Source of the DNA: Leptotrichia sp.
GTDB taxonomy: Bacteria; Fusobacteriota; Fusobacteriia; Fusobacteriales; Leptotrichiaceae
Assembly (NCBI GenBank): GCA_041854625.1
Contig: JBHACQ010000126.1
Coordinates: 1 to 39,256 of the forward strand
DNA length: 39,256 nt
Direction of reading: 5' to 3'
How positions within the stretch are numbered: position 1 is the first letter of the stretch; each line of letters opens with the position of its first letter. Made by a program: the position numbers and the translations under genes. This document shows, piece by piece, positions 1 to 9,387 of the stretch. The notes under the pieces are model-generated. The model was not told the DNA's origin. It worked only from the letters and a program-made list of their open reading frames with translations, and did not search any database.

Positions 1-122
1 AAATATTTTACCTTTATTTTATCTTTAGATTTTCATAAAAAATAAATAAGAATAGAATTTTATCGTTTTTTTTAGTATAATTTACATATAAGAATAAAAA
101 TATCATTTAAGGGGAAGTAAAA

Positions 123-260
123 ATGAAAGAGATAATATTTCTGGTTCTAGGAATTATGATAGTTCTAGGACTGCTGAAGAAAATGTTTAAACTGGTAAAA
201 TGGGTAATAATCATAGCTATAGCCTTGGCAGCATATAAATATTTTTTACCATTATTCTAG
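123..260 (+). CDS. small hydrophobic membrane protein (45 aa), not in the ORF track
   Basis: Manual translation MKEIIFLVLGIMIVLGLLKKMFKLVKWVIIIAIALAAYKYFLPLF*; purine-rich SD (AAGGGGAAG) upstream; TATAAT at 76-81; two hydrophobic segments separated by a Lys-rich loop. Confidence 0.7.
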   Translation: MKEIIFLVLGIMIVLGLLKKMFKLVKWVIIIAIALAAYKYFLPLF

Positions 261-360
261 GAAATATGATGACGGTAATGGACGGACTTCAGCAAAAAAG
301 ATTTACGGTAAGAGAATAAAAAATGTCCTATACAAATAATTTGAGAAAGGAAAAGAATAA

Positions 361-2043
361 ATGAAGACAGACAGGGAACTTATAAAGACACTTCTTTCAA
401 TGGACGGGAAAAGCTACGGGCTATATAAGAGCCTGAAGGGGGTATATAAATATCATAGGTTTATATTGAAGATAGATAAAATACAGGCAGACCCTTATGC
501 ACCACCTTCGAAAATGAGGATGATAATTGATAGGAAGACAGCAGGAATACCTGAAAATCTTATTGATTCAAGGGAAAAGAAGACAGCTGCTTCAGATTTT
601 CTGACAAGGGCTTTCTATAATAAGATAAGAACCATGGGAAATAGCAGGAATGTAATAAATATTGACAAGTGTGGTCAGGAAGTTGTTGAAAGGACATCTG
701 TAATTATAAGGGAAAATGAAATAGAAGCAAGGTTTGAGGCAGAACTTCCGGCAGCAGGCAGAAGAATTTTAGGAAGAGAAGCTTCCAGGCTGTTTGAAGT
801 AATGCTGCCAGAAATAATGGAAAGTGTATTTCTATATGAAAATATTGATAAAAAAGGACTGGAAAAACATATAAGCCTGTATATGGAACAGGAGTACATA
901 AGGGAAGAACTAAAAAAAAGGGAACTAGTGGCATTTATAGGAAATGGAGCAATTCTTCCAAGGGAAAGCGGGATTTCAGTAAAACCTCTTAATAAAGGTA
1001 TACCTTTTATGAGTCCTGAAAAATTCCAGGTTACTTTAAATCTTCCTGATGGGAAAGAAATAACCGGAATGGGAATCGGAAAAGGTATAACTCTGGTGGT
1101 AGGTGGTGGATACCACGGGAAATCAACATTACTTAATGCACTTGAACTGGGAGTCTATAATCATATAGAAAGGGACGGAAGGGAATATGTAATAACAGAC
1201 AGCAGTGCCGTAAAAATAAGGGCAGAAGATGGAAGGAACATAGAAAAGGTTAATATAAGCCCTTTTATTAACAATCTGCCCCAGAATAAAAATACAGAGA
1301 AGTTTTCTACAGAAAATGCCAGTGGAAGCACTTCACAGGCAGCAAATGTATCTGAAAGTCTTGAAATGGGCACTGCCCTTCTCCTCATTGATGAGGATAC
1401 ATCAGCTACGAACTTCATGATAAGGGACAGCAGGATGAAAAAACTGATTGTAAAGGAAAAGGAACCGATAACTCCGTTTTCTGATAAAGTAGAGAAGCTT
1501 TACAAGGAAATGGGAGTTTCTACAATACTGATAGTGGGCGGTTCAGGAGATTATTTTGGAGTAGCTGATAATGTAATAATGATGGATGAGTATGTACCTA
1601 AAGATGTTACAGAGAAAGCAAAGGAAATTGTTTCATCAGAAAAGGAAAATATAGAGGAAGCCTGTGAAGGATTTGGTAAAATAACAGGGAGGGTCATTTT
1701 AAAGAAAAGTTTCAGCCTGTCAGGAAAGGAAGGCAGGATAAAAGCCAGAGGAAAGAATGTAATCCAATATGGAAAGGAAAATATTGACATTTCATATCTG
1801 GAACAGCTGATAGACGGCTACCAGTCTAATGGAATAGCTGTCATACTTGAGTACTTCAAGGACAACTTTCTGGATGAAAAGACAGGTATAAAGGATTCAG
1901 TAGACAGGCTATATGAATTTATCAGGGAAAAGGGACTGGAAGCAGTAGCATCCTATACAGGGCATCCGGGAAATTATTCCTTGCCTAGAAAAGAAGAATT
2001 TATAGGTACAATAAACAGATACAGAAAGCTGAAAATAAAATAG
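361..2043 (+). CDS. stand-alone ABC-class ATPase (ABC_ATPase / MRB1590-like family)
   Basis: Walker A GGGYHGKST, Walker B LLLIDEDTSATNFMIRD, ENASGSTSQAA, N-terminal QADPYAPPS and LPAAGRRILG motifs; SD GAAAGG. Confidence 0.85.
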   Translation: MKTDRELIKTLLSMDGKSYGLYKSLKGVYKYHRFILKIDKIQADPYAPPSKMRMIIDRKTAGIPENLIDSREKKTAASDFLTRAFYNKIRTMGNSRNVINIDKCGQEVVERTSVIIRENEIEARFEAELPAAGRRILGREASRLFEVMLPEIMESVFLYENIDKKGLEKHISLYMEQEYIREELKKRELVAFIGNGAILPRESGISVKPLNKGIPFMSPEKFQVTLNLPDGKEITGMGIGKGITLVVGGGYHGKSTLLNALELGVYNHIERDGREYVITDSSAVKIRAEDGRNIEKVNISPFINNLPQNKNTEKFSTENASGSTSQAANVSESLEMGTALLLIDEDTSATNFMIRDSRMKKLIVKEKEPITPFSDKVEKLYKEMGVSTILIVGGSGDYFGVADNVIMMDEYVPKDVTEKAKEIVSSEKENIEEACEGFGKITGRVILKKSFSLSGKEGRIKARGKNVIQYGKENIDISYLEQLIDGYQSNGIAVILEYFKDNFLDEKTGIKDSVDRLYEFIREKGLEAVASYTGHPGNYSLPRKEEFIGTINRYRKLKIK

Positions 2044-2065
2044 AGGGAATGATAAGGAGTTAGTT

Positions 2066-2239
2066 ATGGGTATATTGAAAAAAATATGGGATAAGCTTCC
2101 TGAAGGAAGACCATGCTGCGTGCCTGAACCAGAAGCATGGATTGGAGAAAAAAGAAATGAGGAACTGAATGAAGACAATCAGAACAATGAAGCTGAAAAA
2201 ATACATGACAGGAAAGAAAATAAGGATAACGGAGCTTGA
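2066..2239 (+). CDS. small protein (57 aa) with a PCC motif and acidic tail, not in the ORF track
   Basis: AAGGAG SD at 2054-2059, ATG 2066; MGILKKIWDKLPEGRPCCVPEPEAWIGEKRNEELNEDNQNNEAEKIHDRKENKDNGA*. Confidence 0.65.
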   Translation: MGILKKIWDKLPEGRPCCVPEPEAWIGEKRNEELNEDNQNNEAEKIHDRKENKDNGA

Positions 2240-2291
2240 AAGGTGACAGCAGGGATTTTTAAAGTCCTGAAATGTTAAAAGAGGCGTTGCC

Positions 2292-2352
2292 AGGAAAAAC
2301 TTTTATTAACAGTAGATTAACTAACTGGAGGAATAAAAGTTTTTCCTTTTTT
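2292..2352 (+). terminator. intrinsic terminator
   Basis: Perfect 16-bp inverted repeat AGGAAAAACTTTTATT (2292-2307) / AATAAAAGTTTTTCCT (2332-2347) followed by a T tract. Confidence 0.75.
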
Positions 2353-2368
2353 ATTATGGTCAAATATA

Positions 2369-2397
2369 TTGTAAAATAATTTCATTTAGTTTATAAT
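2369..2397 (+). promoter_or_regulatory. sigma70-type promoter of the pheA/aro operon
   Basis: TTGTAA-17 bp-TATAAT. Confidence 0.65.
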
Positions 2398-2432
2398 ATT
2401 ATAAAATAAAAAAATTAATTATGGTGATGTAT

Positions 2433-3605
2433 ATGAAAGAACTGGATTTGAAGGAAATAAGGGGAAGAATAGATGAGATAGACAAGAAAATCGTAATGCT
2501 GATGGAGGAAAGACTTCACATAGTTGAAGAAGTTGCTCTTTATAAGAAGCAGAATAATATGAAGATATTTGATGAAAAAAGGGAACAGGAAGTAATAGAA
2601 AGAAATCTGAAAAATGTCAGGGACAATGGATTAAAGAGGTATATAGAAATTATTTTGAAGGATATAATGGATTCCAGTAAGGAGTATCAGAAATTTAAAA
2701 TAGGAATACCTAGAAAATATATTAATGACCTTGATTTTTATGGAAAAAAGATAGGGTATACAGGAGTTCCAGGCTCATATGCCTATGAAGTACTGATAAA
2801 TCTCCTTAAGAATAATATGAAGTCAGAATATCTGGAAGATGAAGATAACAAAAGGAACATAGTTAACTTTAACTCCCACAGTGACCTTGTAGAAGCTGTC
2901 CATAGAGGTGAAATCGATATGGCTATATTACCTATTGAAAATTCCATAGTAGGGGAAGTCAGGGACAGCATTGACTTGATAAATAAGAAGAATATATACA
3001 TAATAGGAGAAGTTCAGCACAAAATAGAACATAATCTACTGGGGATAAAAGGAAGCAGCCTGGAAAATATAGAAAAGGTATATTCTCATGAACAGGCTAT
3101 CATACAGTGTTCAGAGTTTTTAAGAAGTCATCCGGACTGGAAAACTGAAAAAATGGGAAATACAGCACTTAGCGGGAAATACATTTCTGATATGGGGGAT
3201 AGCAGGAATGCCTGCATTGCCAATATGAGGACAAAGGAAATGTACAATTTGGAAGTACTGAAGGAAAATATAAATAATGAAAAGGAAAACTACACGAGAT
3301 TTTTTGTAATATCCAATGAAGAAATAAGTGTTTCAGAAAGTGAAAAAATAAGTATAGTCACAAGTACTAAAAATGAATCAGGGGCCTTGACAGAATTATT
3401 AAAAATACTTTCAAAATATGGATTGAACATGGTTAATTTAAAATCGAGACCACGGATAAAGAAACCGTGGGAGTATTATTTCTATATAGATTTTGAAGGG
3501 AATATGAAACACGAAAAAGTAAGTAAGGCACTTGAAGAAATAAGGATAAAATCCACGTATTTACGGATTTTAGGAAATTACAAGATATATAATCTGAAAA
3601 TATAA
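2433..3605 (+). CDS. pheA: bifunctional chorismate mutase / prephenate dehydratase with ACT domain
   Basis: N-terminal CM (IRGRIDEIDKKI...KK...DEKRE), PDT motifs LPIENS, SHEQA, NYTRF, ACT NLKSRP...YYFYIDFEG; alternative start 2421. Confidence 0.92.
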   Translation: MKELDLKEIRGRIDEIDKKIVMLMEERLHIVEEVALYKKQNNMKIFDEKREQEVIERNLKNVRDNGLKRYIEIILKDIMDSSKEYQKFKIGIPRKYINDLDFYGKKIGYTGVPGSYAYEVLINLLKNNMKSEYLEDEDNKRNIVNFNSHSDLVEAVHRGEIDMAILPIENSIVGEVRDSIDLINKKNIYIIGEVQHKIEHNLLGIKGSSLENIEKVYSHEQAIIQCSEFLRSHPDWKTEKMGNTALSGKYISDMGDSRNACIANMRTKEMYNLEVLKENINNEKENYTRFFVISNEEISVSESEKISIVTSTKNESGALTELLKILSKYGLNMVNLKSRPRIKKPWEYYFYIDFEGNMKHEKVSKALEEIRIKSTYLRILGNYKIYNLKI

Positions 3606-3635
3606 TTATTGATAAGACTGAAAGACAGAGGGAAT

Positions 3636-4382
3636 ATGAGATTAGATAGATTTTTAGCAAATTCGGGAGTAGGAACCCGTAAAGAAGTAAAAGATTTACT
3701 GAAAAAAAGAAAAATAAAAGTAAATGGTGCTATAATAATAGATGGCAGTATCCATGTAAGAGAAAATGAAGATGAGGTGGAATATAACGGAAAAATAGTA
3801 AACTATAAGCCATTTATCTACATTATAATGAACAAGCCTGAAGGAGTAATTTCTGCAACCGAAGATAGGGAGCATAAGACAGTAATAGACCTGCTTGAAG
3901 GGAAATACAGGACTTACAGTCTCTTTCCGGTAGGGAGGCTTGATATTGATACTGAAGGTCTTCTAATTCTTACAAATGATGGAATTCTTGCCCATAATCT
4001 GCTGTCGCCGAACAGACATGTTGAGAAGAAATATTTTGTAAGGCTGAAAAATCCCCTTCTTAATGAAGATATAGAAAAGCTGGAAAAAGGAATAGAACTG
4101 GAAAATGGAGTTGTTACAAAAAGTGCCAAGGTGGAGATACTGGAAAATAACTTTGATTCAATAAACAGGGAAACAGGTGAGAAAAAAACAAGCAGTGCCA
4201 ATATTATAATAAGTGAAGGTAAGTACCATCAGGTAAAAAGAATGTTCAAGGCTGTAAATAATAAGGTAGAGTATCTTAAAAGAATACAGATGGGGCAGCT
4301 TAAACTGGATAAAAATCTGGGACTGGGAGAATATAGGGAGCTGACTGAAGAAGAACTGGAACTGTTAAAAAATGCTAACTAA
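3636..4382 (+). CDS. rRNA pseudouridine synthase, RsuA family (S4 + catalytic domain)
   Basis: MRLDRFLA S4 start, MNKPEG, catalytic PVGRLDIDTEGLLILTNDG, EGKYHQVKRM. Confidence 0.92.
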   Translation: MRLDRFLANSGVGTRKEVKDLLKKRKIKVNGAIIIDGSIHVRENEDEVEYNGKIVNYKPFIYIIMNKPEGVISATEDREHKTVIDLLEGKYRTYSLFPVGRLDIDTEGLLILTNDGILAHNLLSPNRHVEKKYFVRLKNPLLNEDIEKLEKGIELENGVVTKSAKVEILENNFDSINRETGEKKTSSANIIISEGKYHQVKRMFKAVNNKVEYLKRIQMGQLKLDKNLGLGEYRELTEEELELLKNAN

Positions 4383-4402
4383 AAATATTGGAAAGGATGA
4401 AA

Positions 4403-5218
4403 ATGGAAAGACTAGGATTATTAGGAGAAAAACTGGGACATAGTTATTCCAGAGAAATACATGAAATTTTTTTCAGACTCACAGGGAAAAAAGCAGTCTA
4501 TGATATGATAGAAAAAAAGAATGAAGAAATTCCAGTTTTCATGGAAGAGCTTAGGACAGGAAAATATAAGGGAATAAATGTAACGATACCTTATAAAGTA
4601 GAAGTAATAAGATATCTTGATGAAATATCAGATATAGCTAAAAATATAGGAGCAGTTAATACTATAACATATAAGGATGGAAAGCTGATAGGGGATAATT
4701 CTGACTACTTCGGATTTTTAAAGACATTGGAGCTGAACAGTATTGATGTAGAAGGGAAAAAAATACTGATGCTTGGAACAGGCGGAGCTGCAAAGGCAAT
4801 ATATAGCGTACTTAAAGATAGAGGTGCCTTAAATGTATATATTGCAACAATAACTGAAAACGATCCTTTCACCATACGGAAATCCGACAGGTTAATCCAT
4901 TATTCAGAAATAAGGAATATAAGGAAAGTTGATGTAATTATAAATACAACTCCAGTAGGAATGTTTCCTGAAATAAATATGACGCCACTTGATGAAATAA
5001 ATATGATAGAAACTGATAATGTAATTGACATAATATATAATCCAGAAGAAACGGTACTCATGAAAAAGTATAGGAAAAGGGGAATAAAAGCAGTAAATGG
5101 GCTTATGATGTTAATTTCACAGGCTATAAAGTCTGAAGAAATATGGAATGACAGTAATTACGGGGAAGAAATACTTTATGAAATACATAAGGAGCTTTCA
5201 AAGAGGATATATAGATAA
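4403..5218 (+). CDS. aroE: shikimate dehydrogenase
   Basis: LGHSYS, NVTIPYK, GAVNT, GDNSD, GTGGAA, NTTPVGM, DIIYNP, NGLMML..QA. Confidence 0.93.
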   Translation: MERLGLLGEKLGHSYSREIHEIFFRLTGKKAVYDMIEKKNEEIPVFMEELRTGKYKGINVTIPYKVEVIRYLDEISDIAKNIGAVNTITYKDGKLIGDNSDYFGFLKTLELNSIDVEGKKILMLGTGGAAKAIYSVLKDRGALNVYIATITENDPFTIRKSDRLIHYSEIRNIRKVDVIINTTPVGMFPEINMTPLDEINMIETDNVIDIIYNPEETVLMKKYRKRGIKAVNGLMMLISQAIKSEEIWNDSNYGEEILYEIHKELSKRIYR

Positions 5219-5256
5219 TCAGACAATAAAGATAATATGGAAAGGTAATAAATACA

Positions 5257-6129
5257 ATGAGAAAAGCATTAATAATATTTTTAACAGCATCCATGTCAGT
5301 GTTTTCAATGACAAATAAGGAAATAATCGATCAGGGTATGTTAAAGCAGAAACAGGTATTTGAAAAATATTTTAATACATCTGAAGATAAAAAAAAGTCA
5401 AGGAAGGATGCGAACTTATTAAATAAGGTCTATCCTGAAATTATAGAATGGCTATATAGTAGAAATAAACAGACACATGAAGCTGAGCTTTCAAGGATGA
5501 ATAGAGAAAAAAGTGAAGGAAGGAAGGAATTTAAACCTCTTCTGGCAACGTATAATGAATATGTGAATGAAAATTCAGTTTTTTCAAAGATACTTCTGTC
5601 AAATTTCCTGCCTGTCAAGGAAGATATACAGTCGTATGTATATACTACAGCGTATATAACACTGGAGAATTTTTATTTGAATGTGAATACTGTAATTGAA
5701 GGGAAAAAAGATGAAAAGACCCTCAAGGAAAATGTGGATACAATAATTAACTATCTGTATCATTCTGGAGATTCAAGGACAAAGGAAGATTATTTAAATA
5801 TGACATCATCTGATTTAAGAAAAATAGTTTCAGAAGAATTTGTTAAACTGGACGGTATACTGGGAAAAAAAGGTCTGACAGGGAGTGAATCCTTCAAGAA
5901 ACAGGTTAACAGTGTGAGAAATACATTGAAAAAGGTAGAAAAACTATATAATAAATATGATACGAATTTTGACTTATACATAGACAGTCTGGATATGAAG
6001 AGTGAAAGTAAGGACAATCTTAAAAAGCTTGTGAAATTTGAAGAAATTTCTAATCTGAAATTTTTGATACAGAGTTTAGAAAATCCAGAAGAAAAAGATA
6101 AAAAAGGAGATGGAAATGGAGAAAAATAG
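5257..6129 (+). CDS. hypothetical secreted, probably helical protein
   Basis: Signal-peptide-like N-terminus MRKALIIFLTASMSVFS; SD GAAAGG; no recognised domain. Confidence 0.7.
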   Translation: MRKALIIFLTASMSVFSMTNKEIIDQGMLKQKQVFEKYFNTSEDKKKSRKDANLLNKVYPEIIEWLYSRNKQTHEAELSRMNREKSEGRKEFKPLLATYNEYVNENSVFSKILLSNFLPVKEDIQSYVYTTAYITLENFYLNVNTVIEGKKDEKTLKENVDTIINYLYHSGDSRTKEDYLNMTSSDLRKIVSEEFVKLDGILGKKGLTGSESFKKQVNSVRNTLKKVEKLYNKYDTNFDLYIDSLDMKSESKDNLKKLVKFEEISNLKFLIQSLENPEEKDKKGDGNGEK

Positions 6130-6847
6130 TAACTATAAAGCTTCGGATATGAAAATATACAATGAACTGGATGATTTTGCTGCCGAAGTTCTGAATGGAG
6201 AAGAACTAATAAAATATATGGGGGCAAGAAGGGAGTATTTTCTTTCACAGGAAGAGGCAGTTTCAAAATATTTTAGTTCAGGCGAAGTAAAGGAAAAGAT
6301 ATCTACATATGGAGATTTCTATTACCATTATCTAGCAGAATACAGTAGAGGATACATGTATAAGATTGGGAATACGGGATATACTGAAGGGTTTAGGGAA
6401 ATGCTTCAGAAATATGAACTGGATCCAGATATAATTGATGTTAACTGGGAAAATGTGAAGGAAAAAGAGGAAATTTATGAAACTGACCTCTCAGATATAC
6501 TTTTTGCTATGATAAGCTATGAAATAGGAAAACATGGTTTCGTAATATTTGGAATTAATATGGGATTCGAATCAACTATATATTTTATAGTTAATGAAAA
6601 AGCCTATAGTTCAAGAATAAAAAAGAATTATGATTTTATTACGCTTTTTGACCTGGAATTTCTGGAAAATGTATATAATGAGATATATGAAGTAACAGAA
6701 GACATCGGCGAAAAAAAGGTAAGGATAGGGGACTTCCTGGAAAAGAAGAATAATAAATATTATACGATGTTTAGAAACAGGGAGGCTAATACAGTAATAG
6801 AAAACCTGAACAGTGATAATGACGAAAAACTGAAACTTATACTGTAA
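6116..6847 (+). CDS. hypothetical acidic protein
   Basis: Long ORF overlapping the upstream stop; AAGGAG SD before ATG 6116; no confident family. Confidence 0.7.
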   Translation: MEKNSNYKASDMKIYNELDDFAAEVLNGEELIKYMGARREYFLSQEEAVSKYFSSGEVKEKISTYGDFYYHYLAEYSRGYMYKIGNTGYTEGFREMLQKYELDPDIIDVNWENVKEKEEIYETDLSDILFAMISYEIGKHGFVIFGINMGFESTIYFIVNEKAYSSRIKKNYDFITLFDLEFLENVYNEIYEVTEDIGEKKVRIGDFLEKKNNKYYTMFRNREANTVIENLNSDNDEKLKLIL

Positions 6848-6900
6848 GAAGAATTATAAAAAGATATAATGGCTATGAAAAGAAAAAGGGAGAATAGGAA

Positions 6901-7089
6901 ATGTTTAATTTTAAGACAGGTGATGTAAATATAATGTTAAGTATGATAAATATGAAACTGAGGGATGAATTTTCAAGTCTGGACAGTTTTGCAGCGTATT
7001 ATTCTATAAATAAGAATGAAATTGTAGAAAGAATGGAAGATAACGGTTTCAGATATAGTGAAGATGAAAACCAGTTTAAGAGATTTTAA
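6901..7089 (+). CDS. DUF4250-like small protein
   Basis: MLSMINMKLRDEFSSLD...GFRY....NQF pattern; SD GGGGAG. Confidence 0.8.
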   Translation: MFNFKTGDVNIMLSMINMKLRDEFSSLDSFAAYYSINKNEIVERMEDNGFRYSEDENQFKRF

Positions 7090-7124
7090 GGTTACTTTGG
7101 AAATAATCTAGGAGAAAGAGAAGC

Positions 7125-7637
7125 ATGGAAAATATAGTATTAATTGGGATGCCTGCAAGCGGGAAAAGTACTGTTGGGAAACTTCTTTCTAAAAAGATAG
7201 GATATGAGTATTATGATGCAGACAGGTATCTTGAAAAAAATGAAAATGTCAGGATAAGTACCCTGTTTGCAGAAAAGGGAGAGGATTATTTCAGAAAGCT
7301 GGAAACAGAATATCTGAAAAAGCTTTCCCAGAAGAAGAAAATAATAATATCTACTGGAGGAGGAGCTGTAAAGAAGCAGGAAAATATGGAAATTTTAAAA
7401 AAGAATGGAATAATAGTCTTTTTAAGTAGAAGTATTGATAAAATAGCTAAGGAGAATCATGAGCATAGACCTCTTCTTCAGAATATAGACAATATACATA
7501 AACTGTATTCAGAAAGGATAGAACTATATAACAGGTATGCAGATATTATAATAGAAAATGAAGGAACTTTAGAGGAAACTGTGAATAAGACAGCAGAATC
7601 AGTGAAAAAATATATAATGAAAGGGAAGAGGTCATGA
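7125..7637 (+). CDS. aroK: shikimate kinase
   Basis: IGMPASGKSTVG P-loop, GEDYFRKLE, STGGG, RPLL. Confidence 0.95.
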   Translation: MENIVLIGMPASGKSTVGKLLSKKIGYEYYDADRYLEKNENVRISTLFAEKGEDYFRKLETEYLKKLSQKKKIIISTGGGAVKKQENMEILKKNGIIVFLSRSIDKIAKENHEHRPLLQNIDNIHKLYSERIELYNRYADIIIENEGTLEETVNKTAESVKKYIMKGKRS

Positions 7638-8068
7638 ATAAGATTATTGTTATAAATGGACCTAACCTTAATTTTCTTGGAATAAGGGAAAAGGGGATAT
7701 ATGGCAATGAAGACTATGATACATTATGTAGGTATATAAAGGAAAGTTTCATTAGGGAGGATGTAAATATAGAAATTTTCCAGACAAATTATGAAGGCAA
7801 AATTGTGGATATCCTTCAGAAGGCATATTATGATAAAGTGGAAGGGATTGTAATAAATCCAGGAGCTTTTACCCACTATAGCTATGCAATACATGATGCC
7901 CTGAAATCAGTATCTATACCGGCAGTTGAAGTTCATCTGAGCAATATCCATGAAAGGGAGGATTTCAGGAAAATATCAGTTACTGCTCCTGCCTGTGTAA
8001 AGCAGATTTATGGTAAAGGAAAGGAAGGGTATATAGAGGCTGTCAGATACCTTCTGGAAAATTTTTAA
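7634..8068 (+). CDS. aroQ: type II 3-dehydroquinate dehydratase
   Basis: NGPNLNFLGIRE..IYG, INPGAFTHYSYAIHDA, EVHLSNIHEREDFR. Confidence 0.96.
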   Translation: MNKIIVINGPNLNFLGIREKGIYGNEDYDTLCRYIKESFIREDVNIEIFQTNYEGKIVDILQKAYYDKVEGIVINPGAFTHYSYAIHDALKSVSIPAVEVHLSNIHEREDFRKISVTAPACVKQIYGKGKEGYIEAVRYLLENF

Positions 8069-8098
8069 GATAATATAAATTAATTTGTGAGGGAATAT

Positions 8099-8533
8099 AT
8101 GGAATTTAAGGATAATGATAGTGTAGATGCATGTAGGATTGCCTTGAAAATGGCAATATCATCGAGAGAGGAGGAAAAGGAGCTCATAAAAAAATATAGG
8201 GGGGAAGGCATTAAGGTAGCAGCTGTGAATGTCGGCGGCTCAATGCCGGGATCAAGATTTAAATTTATAGAAAGTGCCTTAATTGCAGCAAAGAGAAATA
8301 ATCTTATTCGGGATGAACATGTACACGATGGAGCTGTAATCGGTGCAGTAAGAGAGGCAATGAGTCAGATTGAGACAAATATAAATGGACTTAGTGTAGG
8401 TGGAAAAATAGGGATAGCTAGAAATGGAGAACATTTAGGAGTTGCAATATTTTTAAGTGTGGGAATACTTCAGTTTAATGAGGTTATTACTTCTGTAGCT
8501 CATAGGTCTATAGCTGTCCTAGATGGTGAATAG
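8099..8533 (+). CDS. hutP: HutP-family RNA-binding/antiterminator-like protein
   Basis: RIALKMAISSREEE, IESALIAAKR, GAV.GA..EA, GGKIGIARNGEH; no hut genes nearby. Confidence 0.75.
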   Translation: MEFKDNDSVDACRIALKMAISSREEEKELIKKYRGEGIKVAAVNVGGSMPGSRFKFIESALIAAKRNNLIRDEHVHDGAVIGAVREAMSQIETNINGLSVGGKIGIARNGEHLGVAIFLSVGILQFNEVITSVAHRSIAVLDGE

Positions 8534-8561
8534 TAAAATTATTGGAAGGAGAACTGCGGAA

Positions 8562-9233
8562 ATGAAAGAAAGATCGTTTGATGAATTAAATCTGTTTATA
8601 TTTGATATGGATGGTCTATTGTTTGATACAGAATCAATTTATGTTGATTATGGGAAAAAACTTGTGGAAGAGATGGATTATAAAATGACAGATGATATTA
8701 TTGAAAAGACGACAGGACTTACTAATGAAGAAGCGAAAAAGATATATCTGGCAGAATTCGGAAGAAGTTTTCCGTATGATGAGATAGTACAGAAAGTCTA
8801 TAACTATATAATTTCAGAAGCTGAAAAAGGAAATATCCCCCTTATGAAAGGTGCAGAAGAAATTCTGCAATTCCTTTATGAAAGGGATAAGAAGATGGTT
8901 TTAGGTACATCGGCAGACAGCGTAATGGCTAATACACTCTTAGAAAGTAAGGATATAAAAAAGTATTTTAGTCATATTATAACTTCAAATGATGTAGAGA
9001 GAGGGAAACCTGATCCGGAAGTGTTTTTAAGAGGAGCCGGAAAGCTTAATATTAATCCGAGTAAGACTGTAGTCTTTGAAGATTCGATAAATGGAATAAA
9101 GGCGGCGTATTCCGCAGGAATGCTTCCTGTTATGATACCGGATAAAATAACCCCTGCAGAAGATATAGATGATATATTATATAAGAAATTTAATAATTTA
9201 ATAGAAGCAATGAACTATTTCAAGAAAAAATAA
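8562..9233 (+). CDS. HAD-superfamily phosphatase (beta-PGM/CbbY-like)
   Basis: FDMDGLLFDTE motif I, GKPDPE, VFEDSINGIKAA; alternative start 8523. Confidence 0.9.
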   Translation: MKERSFDELNLFIFDMDGLLFDTESIYVDYGKKLVEEMDYKMTDDIIEKTTGLTNEEAKKIYLAEFGRSFPYDEIVQKVYNYIISEAEKGNIPLMKGAEEILQFLYERDKKMVLGTSADSVMANTLLESKDIKKYFSHIITSNDVERGKPDPEVFLRGAGKLNINPSKTVVFEDSINGIKAAYSAGMLPVMIPDKITPAEDIDDILYKKFNNLIEAMNYFKKK

Positions 9234-9387
9234 TCTTGAAGAGAGGATGTAATTAGAGCTAAAGCATTATAAACAAAGAATCTATTTCAAAAAATTATAA
9301 AAAAAAATAAATAATTTTTAAAAAGGTATTTCTTTTTTTAAAAAATAGGGTATACTTTAATGTAGAGAATAAATTGGAGGTAATGTT

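Noticed and set aside
2237-2278. Selenocysteine readthrough of the small ORF's TGA (a hairpin begins ~11 nt downstream)
   Set aside because: The apical loop has no G as expected for a bacterial SECIS, and the extension gives no redox motif.
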